64,000 nt of DNA from an uncultured Bacillota bacterium. GTDB taxonomy: Bacteria; Sysuimicrobiota; Sysuimicrobiia; Sysuimicrobiales; Segetimicrobiaceae. Below, in pieces: positions 51,095 through 60,203 of the stretch (the stretch's first letter is position 1; each line of letters opens with the position of its first letter). The stretch spans positions 256,001 through 320,000 of the forward strand of contig CAWDRG010000017.1 in the NCBI GenBank assembly GCA_963804645.1, written 5' to 3'. Below the pieces are notes generated by a model that was not told the DNA's origin, searched no databases, and saw only the letters and a list, made by a program, of their open reading frames with translations. Position numbers and translations under genes: made by a program.

Positions 51095-51598
51095 TCAGTC
51101 GCCGGCGGGCGCCGGGAAGAGATCGTCTCGCGGCGCGCAGTCCCGTTTCCACACCATGACGCTGCGCACGTATTCGATGACCACCTGCCCGCGCTGATTC
51201 ACACCTCGCGTGAGCACCTTCACGATCCCCTGCTGCGGGCGAGACCGGGATTCGCGGACCTCGCGGACTTCCGACTCGGAGTAGAGTGTGTCTCCCGCGA
51301 AGACCGGGTGAGGCAACGCGATCGCGTCCCATCCGAGCGCGAACCCATTCTCGCTCACGTCGGTCACGCCCAAGCCGGCGACGATCGCCAGCGTCAGGAT
51401 GCTGTTGACCAGGGGACGCTCAAACTGCGTCTTCCGCGCGTATTCGGTATTGAAGTGAATCTGATTGGTGTTGTTCGTCAGCAGCGTGAACCACGTGTTG
51501 TCAACGTCGGTCACCGTGCGCCCGATGCGGCTCCGATACACATCGCCGACACTGAAGTCCTCAAAAAACCGCCCCTTCCAGCCCTCTTTCACGACCAT
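51095..51598 (-). CDS. MaoC family dehydratase
   Basis: GRFFEDFSVGD, GRTVTDVDN.WFTLLT.N..HF, PVFAGDTLYSESEV. Confidence 0.9.
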   Translation of the reverse strand: MVVKEGWKGRFFEDFSVGDVYRSRIGRTVTDVDNTWFTLLTNNTNQIHFNTEYARKTQFERPLVNSILTLAIVAGLGVTDVSENGFALGWDAIALPHPVFAGDTLYSESEVREVRESRSRPQQGIVKVLTRGVNQRGQVVIEYVRSVMVWKRDCAPRDDLFPAPAGD

Positions 51599-51674
51599 CG
51601 CACCTCAGCCTCCTCCCGGATTCGGGCCGCGATCCACGACGCAGTGCGGCCCTCGGATCGCTCCACCACGCGGC

Positions 51675-53084
51675 TTACAAGACACTCCGCAGATCGCGCA
51701 TCAGCGTCACGATTCTGTCGGCGTGCTCGAGGTCCCGGATGGTCGCGATCACGCGATCCTGTACCGTCCTGGCGAGCCGCCCGTCCGCTAACCCCCTGAA
51801 TTTGTCTTCAAGATCGCTCCACGACAGCGGATTCTCAGGTTCACCCTTCGGGATCGGTTGCACGCGGCGCAGCATCTCGCCGTGTCCGCGCACCGTGAGC
51901 GACGCGCCGAGCTGCCGTGGATAGAGCGCCTCGACTTCAGGGTCACACTCCGCACGGATGCGATCCATGAAGGCGACGGCATCCGGCTGCCGTACCATCT
52001 CGTACTCGCGCATCCCAAAACGTCCCCAGAGCAGCGACGCGGCGAGCGCGAAATGCACGCTGAACTGGGCATCGACCGTGTTCTGCGGCCGTCGCTTCTG
52101 CGGCTCCGGCACCGCGACGAGGTCCAGGCCCTTCGCGGGCAGCCCCACCGTCACGGACTCGACGTCATCACGCATCCATGCGTGCTCGGTCCGCAGGGCG
52201 AGCGCCAGATCGATCGCGGCATGGCTGAAGCGGCAGCACGGATACGGTTTGAACGCCGTCCCCAACAGGGCATAAGTGTCACCCAAGCGCGCGACCAGCA
52301 GGGCGGGATCGCTCCCATCGCTGTAGGCGCGCAAAAATCCGTACCGCCCTTCCAGGGCCGCGGCCGACCCGACGAACCCCGCGCGGGCGAGCACGAGGCT
52401 CAGGATGGCGTTGTGTGCGGCCAGCCCCGGATGCAGCCGTTTGTTCCACGCGCCGTTTTCGAGGAACTGCATCGATCCCGCGGCTTGGCTGCCGTTGATC
52501 CCGAATGCGTGCTCCAACCCGTCCGCGGAGACCCCCAGGAGGTTGGCGCCCGCGGCGGTCGCGCCGAAGATCCCCGCCGTTGCCGTGGGATGAAACCCAC
52601 GATCGTAATGCGCCCGCGGATTCGCCGCCATACTAACGCGGCAGGTCACCTCATATCCCGCAACGACGGCCGACAAGAACCGCGCCCCGGACGCCGCGTG
52701 CTCCTCGGCAAGCGCCATGCACACCGCAATGACCGGGGCCCCGGGGTGCAGCGATGCGCGCGCATGCGTGTCGTCGAAGTCCAGGCTGTGCGCGTACGCG
52801 CCGTTGAGCAAGGCCGCGTACTGCGCGGGCAAAGGGGATGGGTGTCCGATGGCGGTGCAAGACCCCTCTCCCGCCAATTCAGCTACGGCATCGGCCATCG
52901 CCGGGGCCGAATCGGAGTCGTGGCTAGCGCGGACCGCGATCCCCACGAAGTCCAGGACGCACTGCTTGGCGTGTTCCAGCACGGGCGCTGGAATTGCGTC
53001 GGCGTCAAGGCTGACGGCGAACTCGGCGAGCCGCCGGGTCGCCCCCCCGTTAGTGGCTTTCAGGCGTGCGTGTGGCCTGTCCAC
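51675..53084 (-). CDS. MmgE/PrpD family protein
   Basis: NGAYAHSLDFDDTH, HPGAPV, GFHPT, KRLHPG, FKPYPCC, AQFS. Confidence 0.9.
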   Translation of the reverse strand: MDRPHARLKATNGGATRRLAEFAVSLDADAIPAPVLEHAKQCVLDFVGIAVRASHDSDSAPAMADAVAELAGEGSCTAIGHPSPLPAQYAALLNGAYAHSLDFDDTHARASLHPGAPVIAVCMALAEEHAASGARFLSAVVAGYEVTCRVSMAANPRAHYDRGFHPTATAGIFGATAAGANLLGVSADGLEHAFGINGSQAAGSMQFLENGAWNKRLHPGLAAHNAILSLVLARAGFVGSAAALEGRYGFLRAYSDGSDPALLVARLGDTYALLGTAFKPYPCCRFSHAAIDLALALRTEHAWMRDDVESVTVGLPAKGLDLVAVPEPQKRRPQNTVDAQFSVHFALAASLLWGRFGMREYEMVRQPDAVAFMDRIRAECDPEVEALYPRQLGASLTVRGHGEMLRRVQPIPKGEPENPLSWSDLEDKFRGLADGRLARTVQDRVIATIRDLEHADRIVTLMRDLRSVL

Positions 53085-53087
53085 GAC

Positions 53088-53288
53088 CTACTCTGCCATC
53101 TGGAACTCGACACTGCGAGCCTCGGTCACCCGTCGAGACGCGTCCAGGATCTCAAGAGAGATGAGATTGCCCTGCTCATCAGAGTCAAGGATCACCCCAG
53201 GCTTCTCCCCGTCGCTCTCGGCGACGGGTGAACCCTCGCGGAGCACAACCCGAAGCGTGTCCGTCCGCTGATCGTCAACAACCTTCAT
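53088..53288 (-). CDS. DUF2283 domain protein (putative antitoxin)
   Basis: MKV..D..TDTL.V.L....VAESD..KPGVILD.D.QGNLISLEILDAS. Confidence 0.8.
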   Translation of the reverse strand: MKVVDDQRTDTLRVVLREGSPVAESDGEKPGVILDSDEQGNLISLEILDASRRVTEARSVEFQMAE

Positions 53289-53381
53289 TTGCTTTCCCTC
53301 CAGCACTTAGAGAGCTTGCTCGTGCGATAGACCGTAGTGACGTCTGCAGGGTGCCGTACTATGTCAGCAACCTTCAGAAAC
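53285..53381 (-). pseudogene. C-terminal remnant of a DUF4258-like toxin
   Basis: Manual translation FLKVADIVRHPADVTTVYRTSKLSKCWRESK*; ATGA overlap with DUF2283; no 5' part because tRNA-Val follows immediately. Confidence 0.6.
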
Positions 53382-53393
53382 CCTGGTGTTCCT

Positions 53394-53468
53394 TGGTGGG
53401 CGAGGCAGGAGTTGAACCCGCGACATCCTCGGTGTAAGCGAGGCGCTCTTCCGCTGAGCTACTCGCCC
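53394..53468 (-). tRNA. tRNA-Val(TAC), intact with encoded CCA
   Basis: GGGCGAGTAGCTCAGCGGAAGAGCGCCTCGCT-TAC-ACCGAGGATGTCGCGGGTTCAACTCCTGCCTCGCCCACCA. Confidence 0.95.
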
Positions 53469-53476
53469 ACCCCCTG

Positions 53477-53485
53477 AGTATAGCA
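53477..53485 (-). promoter_or_regulatory. extended -10 promoter of tRNA-Val
   Basis: TGcTATACT, 8 nt upstream of the tRNA. Confidence 0.65.
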
Positions 53486-53800
53486 GAGCCCTACAATCGG
53501 CGAGGCGGCCCTATTCGCGGCACTCGCTGACGTCATACGATTGGCCCGAGAACGCGTTCCCGCCTGTTCGTGAACCCAGCCTCGCCCGTCCCCCAATCGT
53601 GCATCATTCGCACAGCGTGCCAAGTGGCCGACTTCGATTGGAGGGTGACAGTGTGACATTGATCCTTTCCTGGACGAAGGTGATGAACCCCGACGTACAT
53701 AGGTCACGACCGCGTCACGGATGATCTACTGCCCACCGTTCGATCCACTCTGCGTGACCACGCGGCGGCGTCCGCTGCCCCGCGTGAGCGAGCTACGGCA

Positions 53801-55381
53801 TCACCGGCGGACCGTAAGGCTGGAGAAGTTCGGAACGCCTGGGGTTGCCGTGAACCCCTCGACCCCCTGCCGGTAAGCGTATGCAAAGATGAGCTCGATC
53901 GGCCAAATCCCAACGACGTCGTCCCACAGGATTCCACAGGCCTCCGCGTACAGGACGCGGCGCTGGGTTTGGTCGACGGTCGCGGCCGCCGCGTTGAGGA
54001 TCTGGTCTAGCTGAGGATTGGCGTAGCCGGTCCGGTTTGCCTGCGTCGTGTAGAGCCGCCGGAGGGCAAAATCGGCGTCGCCCGTAGTGTCGCCGTTCGA
54101 GAAGAAGTTCAGGTCCCAGTCGAGCTTGAGCAGCCGATCGATCCAGATGGAGCGTTCCTGCTGATCGTCACGCACCTTCACCCCGATGGCGCCCCAGTAC
54201 GAGACAAACGCCTGGGCCAGCTCACGGTCCTGCGGGCCAGAGCCCGGGTTCCAGGCCATCGCGCACTCGAAGCCGTCAGGGTGTCCGGCGGCCGCAAGCA
54301 ACTGCTTCGCCATGGTGGGATTGTAGGCGAACGGCCGCTGCGGCGCGTACCCGAACGCTGTAGACGGCACCGGCGCCGCCATCCGCCGCCCAACGCCCTT
54401 CATAAGCGTAGCCACCATGGTATCCACATCCAACGCGTAGGCCATTGCCTGACGCACGCGCTTATCGGTAAACGGCTCGCGCTTGATGTTCATCCAGATT
54501 TGGTAGTAGCGAAAGGACGGGGTGCTGGTCACCCGGATCTCCCGGTTCTGCTGCAGCGTCGCGATCTGATCTGGAGGCAGGTTATAGGTCAGGTCGATCT
54601 CACCGGTTATGAGCGCGGTCACGCGGGCCGCGACTTCCGGGATGTCTTTGAACTGGAGCGTCTTCACGCCCGGCGCGGGGCCCCAGTACGCGGCGTTCGC
54701 CTCCAGCACCAGTTCGTTGTCGGGTTGGTACGAGACGACTCGAAACGCGCCGGACCCAATCGGCTTGTTCTGAAAAAAGCTTGGCTGATCCACTTTCGCG
54801 ACCGGCACAATGGAGAGAAGCGTGAGGTTCGGGAGCATAGTCCCGAGCGGTGCCTTCGTCTTGATCCTCACCGTGGCGTCGTTCGGAGCGTCCACGCTGT
54901 CGAGGCTCGTCCATAGCGGTGCGAGCGGTCCGCGCAGCGCGACCAACCGCTCGAGTGATCCCTTCACATCTCCGGCCGTCACGGGGGTCCCGTCAGAGAA
55001 CTTCGCTCCGGGTCGCAGCGTGAAGACCCAGGTCAATGGGTCGGGCGTCTCCCACTTGACCGCCAAGGACGGGAGGTACGCGGCAGACCGTGGACTGCGG
55101 ATCACGAGCGAATCGTAGATGTGGGTTGCTACGAGCCTCACGGAGTCTTCGGCCGAATCGGGCCCGAGCGGGTCAAGACCGACAATACGGGCGGGCAACG
55201 AGACGGTAAGCGTGCCGCTCGGAACACGCGACGCTGGAACCGGGCTCGTCGCCGCAACCGCGCGTTCAGCAGGCCGCGCGGCGTCCGCCGCCACAACGCC
55301 CGCAAGCGTGACCGCTCCCTGGAGCAGTGTCCGCCGGGTTATGTGCCCGGCGCGCTGGTGGAACTCCGCCCCCGTTGTCAC
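53801..55381 (-). CDS. ABC substrate-binding protein, family 5, Tat signal
   Basis: ITRRTLLQ; GLDP, HIYDSLV, FSDGTPVTAGDV, PIGSGAF. Confidence 0.9.
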   Translation of the reverse strand: MTTGAEFHQRAGHITRRTLLQGAVTLAGVVAADAARPAERAVAATSPVPASRVPSGTLTVSLPARIVGLDPLGPDSAEDSVRLVATHIYDSLVIRSPRSAAYLPSLAVKWETPDPLTWVFTLRPGAKFSDGTPVTAGDVKGSLERLVALRGPLAPLWTSLDSVDAPNDATVRIKTKAPLGTMLPNLTLLSIVPVAKVDQPSFFQNKPIGSGAFRVVSYQPDNELVLEANAAYWGPAPGVKTLQFKDIPEVAARVTALITGEIDLTYNLPPDQIATLQQNREIRVTSTPSFRYYQIWMNIKREPFTDKRVRQAMAYALDVDTMVATLMKGVGRRMAAPVPSTAFGYAPQRPFAYNPTMAKQLLAAAGHPDGFECAMAWNPGSGPQDRELAQAFVSYWGAIGVKVRDDQQERSIWIDRLLKLDWDLNFFSNGDTTGDADFALRRLYTTQANRTGYANPQLDQILNAAAATVDQTQRRVLYAEACGILWDDVVGIWPIELIFAYAYRQGVEGFTATPGVPNFSSLTVRR

Positions 55382-55687
55382 GTGTCACCTCTCCGTCGGT
55401 ACGATCCCACTCGATGGAGCTGCGTTTCGGGCGGGCATCGCCATCATCTGTTTGCTCGATTGTCGAGCGGACTCAGTGATCGTGCGTCGTGTGATGAGGG
55501 TGCGCGAACGCTGAAGCGCGTATCCAAAGGATGGGCGCTGGCCGTGTCGAATTCCGCCCGACGCGAGCATTTAGACACCACGGCCAGCCATTTCCTCCTG
55601 GAGGGATTTCCGTCCTACCGTCGGTGCGCGACGCACGCGTCGTCCGCCGACGCGGAAACCGCATGCTCGGTGTGAGGGGGAATCGCA

Positions 55688-56740
55688 GTGACGAGCGAGG
55701 ATCCGCAGGATCAGCCGTCCACGCCGGAGCGCGAGAGGGCCGAGCGGCTGCACCGCGCGGCAGTGGTGTTCAACGCCCTCGACTGCACCCCGTGGCCGTT
55801 CGGCGACCGCACCTACATGGAGCGCGTGCGTGCGTCGAGCACGACCGCCATAAATCACGCGGTGTCGATCACTGAAGGCCCAGCGCCGGCGGTGCAGGCG
55901 ATGGTGCAGTGGAAACGCGTTTACTGGGAGTTCGACGCCTATGCGGTGCACGGTGAACGTACGGCGCACGTTGCCGAGGCGAAGGCGACGGGGCGGACGG
56001 CGTTCTTCCTCGGATTCGAGGACACCGTGCAACTGGACGGCCGGCTCGCGCTTCTCGAGGCGTTTTACGCGCTGGGGCTGCGTTTTCTCGGCCTCACGTA
56101 CCAGCATCGCAACCAGGTCGCCGACGGCTGCGCCGAGGACGCCGACGCGGGCCTCAGCCGGTTCGGCCGCGCGGTGGTAGACGAATGCAACCGGCTGGGC
56201 ATCGTGCTCGACCTGGCGCATACCGCGCCTCGCAGTAGCATGGAGACCTATCGGCGATCGAAGCACCCCACGATGATCACGCATGCGGCGCTCCGCCACT
56301 TCGTTGACGACCCCCGCAACAAGGCGGATGACGAGATTCGCGCGCTCGCGGATCACGGTGGAATCGTGTGCATCGCCGCGAAGTCCGGGTTCCTTCTCCC
56401 GCAAGGCCAGATCCTGGGCGCGACGATGGACGATTATGTGAATCACATCGAGTACGCCGCCGAGTTGGTTGGTATCGACCATGTGGGCGTGGGCACCGAC
56501 ATCGCCGACGATCGCAAGTACACCCCCGAGACGATGCGCGAGGCGCACCGCCGGTACCCGGAGATTCCGTTCATTAGCGACGACCTCAACATCGCCACGA
56601 TGCATCCCCGCGGGCTCGCGAGTCCTCAGGCTTTGTACTCGGTGACGGCCGCCCTCGTGCGCCGTGGCTTCAGCGACGACGACATCAAGAAGGTGCTCGG
56701 AGGCAACGCGGTCCGCGTCATGGAGGTGGTGATCGGCTGA
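55688..56740 (+). CDS. membrane dipeptidase (peptidase family M19)
   Basis: LGFED, GLRFLGLTY..N.VADG, GLSRFGRAVVDECNRLGIVLDLAH, RNKADD, GIDHVGVGTD, LGGN. Confidence 0.9.
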   Translation: MTSEDPQDQPSTPERERAERLHRAAVVFNALDCTPWPFGDRTYMERVRASSTTAINHAVSITEGPAPAVQAMVQWKRVYWEFDAYAVHGERTAHVAEAKATGRTAFFLGFEDTVQLDGRLALLEAFYALGLRFLGLTYQHRNQVADGCAEDADAGLSRFGRAVVDECNRLGIVLDLAHTAPRSSMETYRRSKHPTMITHAALRHFVDDPRNKADDEIRALADHGGIVCIAAKSGFLLPQGQILGATMDDYVNHIEYAAELVGIDHVGVGTDIADDRKYTPETMREAHRRYPEIPFISDDLNIATMHPRGLASPQALYSVTAALVRRGFSDDDIKKVLGGNAVRVMEVVIG

Positions 56741-56809
56741 CCAGCACGCCCCCAGGCGCCACGCCATTGGTACGATGCGGAGCATCTGGAACGGCTCGAG
56801 AACGCCATC

Positions 56810-56867
56810 GTTGAACCCGCGACATCCTCGGTGTAAGCGAGGCGCTCTACCGCTGAGCTACTCGCCC
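56810..56867 (-). tRNA. truncated tRNA-Val(TAC), 5' 58 nt only (ends in the T-loop)
   Basis: 57/58 identical to 53411-53468; 3' T-stem strand and acceptor strand replaced by unrelated sequence. Confidence 0.85.
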
Positions 56868-56876
56868 GCGACCCTG

Positions 56877-56885
56877 AGTATAGCA
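56877..56885 (-). promoter_or_regulatory. extended -10 promoter of the truncated tRNA-Val
   Basis: TGcTATACT within a 16-nt block (CCCTGAGTATAGCAGA) shared with the intact copy. Confidence 0.65.
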
Positions 56886-56928
56886 GACTCCCGACCGCGG
56901 CGAACGGCCACCGGGCAGGAACCGCTCG

Positions 56929-58185
56929 CTAGTCGCGGACGCGCCGAACGTTCGCCCCGAGACCGCGCAGCTTCTCTTCGAGGCCGTCGTAACCGCGGTC
57001 CAGGTTCTCGAGGTTTGTCACGGCGGTTTCACCCTGCGCGATGAGTCCGGCGATGACCATCGCCGCCCCCGCCCTGATGTCCACGGCTTCCACGGGAGCG
57101 CCAGAGAGATGGGGCACCCCCGTGATAATCGTGGTGTCGCCGTCGACGCGGATGTCCGCACCCATCCGGCGCAGTTCGTCGACGTAGCCAAATCGATTCT
57201 CGAAGATGGTCTCCCGAACCGCGCTGCGTCCGGACGCGATCGTGAGCATCGCCGCGAACTGCGGGTGGAGGTCCGTCGCAAACCCAGGATAGGGAGCCGT
57301 ATCGAGATCCACCGGGCGCAATACCCCATCCGCCCGCACGTGGACCCCCGCGGGATCCAACTCCACCGTGGCGCCGGCATCGGCAAGCTTCGTGAGCAGC
57401 GCCGTGACGTGCTCGGAGATCAGGTCCTCGACCAGCACGTCGCCGTGAGTGGCCGCCGCGGCGATCAGATACGTCCCCGCCTCGATCCGATCGGGGATCA
57501 CCGTGTACGACGCGCCCCGCAGCTTTGTGGTCCCCTCGATCGTCACGGTGCTGGTCCCGGCGCCGCGGACGCGCGCGCCCATCAACGACAGGAACACCGC
57601 GGTATCGACGACCTCCGGCTCGCGGGCGGCGTTCTGCAACGTCGTCACGCCCGGCGTTCTCGATGCCGCCAGCATCAAGTTGATCGTGGTCCCCATGCTC
57701 GTGCGCGGCACGTAGTAGGTCGCGGGAACCAGCCCGGGCGTCTCCGCTTTGAGGTATCCGTGCTCGGTCACGACCCGCGCCCCGAACGCTTCAAAGCCAC
57801 GGATGTGGAAATCGACGGGGCGGCTGCCGATCACGCAGCCTCCCGGCAGCGGGACTTCCGCCCTTCCCACCCGCGCGAGCAGCATGCCCGCCGTATAGAC
57901 GGAGGCGCGCATCTGCCGGCAGAGCTCGTACGGCGCGACGTGGCTCGTAATATCGCGGGCGTCCAGCTCGAGCCGGCCGGGACCGCTCCACTCGGCGACG
58001 ACGCCGAGCGCCCCGAGGATTTCGACCAAGGTGAGAATGTCCCGGCAGTGCGGCACGTTCTCGATGACGGACCGATCCTCGGCAAGCGCGGCGGCCACGA
58101 TGATCGCAAGTGAGCTGTTCTTGGCGCCGGCCACGCGCAGCCGCCCCTCGAGCCTCGCGCCCCCCTCGATCAGGAGGCGCTCCAT
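56929..58185 (-). CDS. murA: UDP-N-acetylglucosamine 1-carboxyvinyltransferase
   Basis: GAKNS, MRASV, LPGGCVIGSRPVDFH (catalytic Cys), NAAREPE, IPDRIEAGT, PYPGFATD, DIRAGAA, DRGY. Confidence 0.97.
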   Translation of the reverse strand: MERLLIEGGARLEGRLRVAGAKNSSLAIIVAAALAEDRSVIENVPHCRDILTLVEILGALGVVAEWSGPGRLELDARDITSHVAPYELCRQMRASVYTAGMLLARVGRAEVPLPGGCVIGSRPVDFHIRGFEAFGARVVTEHGYLKAETPGLVPATYYVPRTSMGTTINLMLAASRTPGVTTLQNAAREPEVVDTAVFLSLMGARVRGAGTSTVTIEGTTKLRGASYTVIPDRIEAGTYLIAAAATHGDVLVEDLISEHVTALLTKLADAGATVELDPAGVHVRADGVLRPVDLDTAPYPGFATDLHPQFAAMLTIASGRSAVRETIFENRFGYVDELRRMGADIRVDGDTTIITGVPHLSGAPVEAVDIRAGAAMVIAGLIAQGETAVTNLENLDRGYDGLEEKLRGLGANVRRVRD

Positions 58186-58204
58186 GCGGGTCTCTCGGGC
58201 GACG

Positions 58205-58486
58205 TCAGCGCGAGCCAGCGGGAGTCCCTCCCAACGCGACGCGCACGTAGCAGCGCACGAGTTCTTCAAGGAGCCGGTCGCGATCGATCTGGCGGATGAG
58301 GGTGCGCGCATCCTTGTGGCTCGTAATGTAGGTAGGATCGCCGGACGTCAAATACCCGACGATTTGGTCCACCGGATTATACCCGCGCTCCGCCAGCGCC
58401 TCGTAGACGTACCGCAGCGCCTCACCCACGTCCCGCAACTGCCGGGTCCCGACCTGAAAGACTCCGGTCTTGTCCTGCTCTCCCAC
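58205..58486 (-). CDS. ireB: IreB/ReoM family regulatory phosphoprotein (DUF965)
   Basis: DKTGVF N-terminus; [63 protein letters not shown] before GTG 58486. Confidence 0.92.
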   Translation of the reverse strand: MGEQDKTGVFQVGTRQLRDVGEALRYVYEALAERGYNPVDQIVGYLTSGDPTYITSHKDARTLIRQIDRDRLLEELVRCYVRVALGGTPAGSR

Positions 58487-58808
58487 CGCGCTCACCTCGA
58501 TCCCGTCCCGCGGCCTCTGGGCGACCGCCCGGGCACCCACGGCGCCCGGAACAGCGTCCCCGTCTCCCCGCGGCGGCGAGTCATGGCCGCAACAGGGTAG
58601 TGTTCGTCCCACCGCGAACCTTTCCTCTAGACTACCGCGCGGGAATCAACCGCCGCACGGCGTAGCGTTGCGCCGGGGCGGCGCGATTCTTAACACCCGC
58701 GTCATAGAGCGTTCATCCGGAGATCGCGAACGCGACATTATAGCTCGCTAGGTTGGGTAGGTGCACCACGCAGATTCGGGTCGTATACGCAACATCGGGG
58801 GGTGACGA

Positions 58809-60101
58809 ATGCGAAAGTGGACGGCGTGCCTCGTCGTGCTGCTCATCGTCGGCATGCTGATCCCGGGCGGCGCGCGCGCGCAGACCGGGATCACGATCAC
58901 GTACGACTTTCCGATCGGGGTTTCGGGCCCGCTCTACGACCTCATGACCGGAATCGTCAACGACTTCAACCGCACCCATACCGGTATCACGGTGCAGCCG
59001 ATCTTCTCCGGCAACTATGTACAGGCGATGGCGAAGGCGATGACCGGGGTCATGGCCGGCAGCCCGCCGGACGTGGCCGTGCTGGATACCCCTGAGCTGT
59101 ATTCGCTCCTCGACCAGAACGCCATCATCCCGCTTGACGACCTGATCGCCAAGCAGCCGTCCGGATGGCTGGACGACTTCTACGCGGCCCTCCTCTTGAA
59201 CGCGAGGTCCAACGGCCATATCTACAGCATTCCGTACCAGCGCAGCACCGTGATCTTCTTCTACAACAAGGATCTGTTCCAAAAGGCCGGCCTGAATCCG
59301 AATACCCCGCCCAAGAACTGGACCGAGCTCCTCGCCGACGCGCAGAAGCTGACGGTGCGGGATGCCAGCGGGCAGGTCACGCAGTGGGGAGTCGAAGCCC
59401 CGATCGTCGACACGTCCCCCTGGGTCATCCAGGGGTTCTTCATCGAGCAGAAGGCGAAGTACTTCGACGCGCTCAGCGGGAAATGGGTCAAGTTCAACTC
59501 GCCGGAGACCGTCTCGGCCCTGCAGTTCTATCTCGATCTCCAGAATAAATACAAAGTCGCCCCAACCGGACCGTCGAGCGGCACGTTCTGGGGACAGGTT
59601 CCGCAGGACTTCATCCAGCAGAAGGCGGCGATGATCTACACGACGACCGGCAACATGACGTTCATTCGAACGAACGCGCAGTTCAACTGGAACGCCGCGT
59701 TCATGCCCGCGGGCAAGCAGTGGGGCTCGCCGACCGGCGGCGGGAGCATGTACATCTTCAAGACGACGCCCGAACGTGAGCAGGCGGCCTGGACGTTCGT
59801 CACGTGGATGACCGACCCGGTGCAGGCAGCCCGCTGGAGCATCGGGACCGGCTATGTGCCGATCCGGAAGACCGAACTGTCGACGCCGGCGTTCGCCGCG
59901 TACATGCAGCAGGTGCCGCAGGCGCTGACGGCGACGCTCCAGCTCCGGGTCGCGGGCGAGCAGATGACCATCCACGACGTCGATCGCGTTGGGACCATCC
60001 TGTTGACCGCGGTGCAGGAAGCGCAGTCCGGCAAGCGGACCGTGCAGGCGGCGCTCGACGAAGCGCAGCGAGAGGCGACCCAGGATTTGGCGAAGTACTA
60101 G
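58809..60101 (+). CDS. ABC substrate-binding protein, family 1 (UgpB-like)
   Basis: Sec signal (ARA-Q); PPDVAVL, IPYQRST, GSPTGGGSMYIFK. Confidence 0.9.
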   Translation: MRKWTACLVVLLIVGMLIPGGARAQTGITITYDFPIGVSGPLYDLMTGIVNDFNRTHTGITVQPIFSGNYVQAMAKAMTGVMAGSPPDVAVLDTPELYSLLDQNAIIPLDDLIAKQPSGWLDDFYAALLLNARSNGHIYSIPYQRSTVIFFYNKDLFQKAGLNPNTPPKNWTELLADAQKLTVRDASGQVTQWGVEAPIVDTSPWVIQGFFIEQKAKYFDALSGKWVKFNSPETVSALQFYLDLQNKYKVAPTGPSSGTFWGQVPQDFIQQKAAMIYTTTGNMTFIRTNAQFNWNAAFMPAGKQWGSPTGGGSMYIFKTTPEREQAAWTFVTWMTDPVQAARWSIGTGYVPIRKTELSTPAFAAYMQQVPQALTATLQLRVAGEQMTIHDVDRVGTILLTAVQEAQSGKRTVQAALDEAQREATQDLAKY

Positions 60102-60140
60102 GGTCTGTTGCGGGTGGGAGGTTGCGATCCAAGACCGTGG

Positions 60141-60174
60141 CGCACGGCCGCGCCGTGACGGGCGCGGCCGTGCG
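60141..60174. other. intercistronic hairpin after the SBP gene
   Basis: CGCACGGCCGCGCC-GTGACG-GGCGCGGCCGTGCG, 14-bp perfect stem; typical position for an mRNA-stabilising stem. Confidence 0.5.
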
Positions 60175-60203
60175 TCCTTCGGGCCGGAGTTGATCGCCGG
60201 CCC

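Noticed and set aside
53579..53587. GCCTCGCCC matching the tRNA-Val 3' end in inverted orientation
   Set aside because: A 9-bp GC-rich match is expected by chance, and the orientation is wrong for an att site
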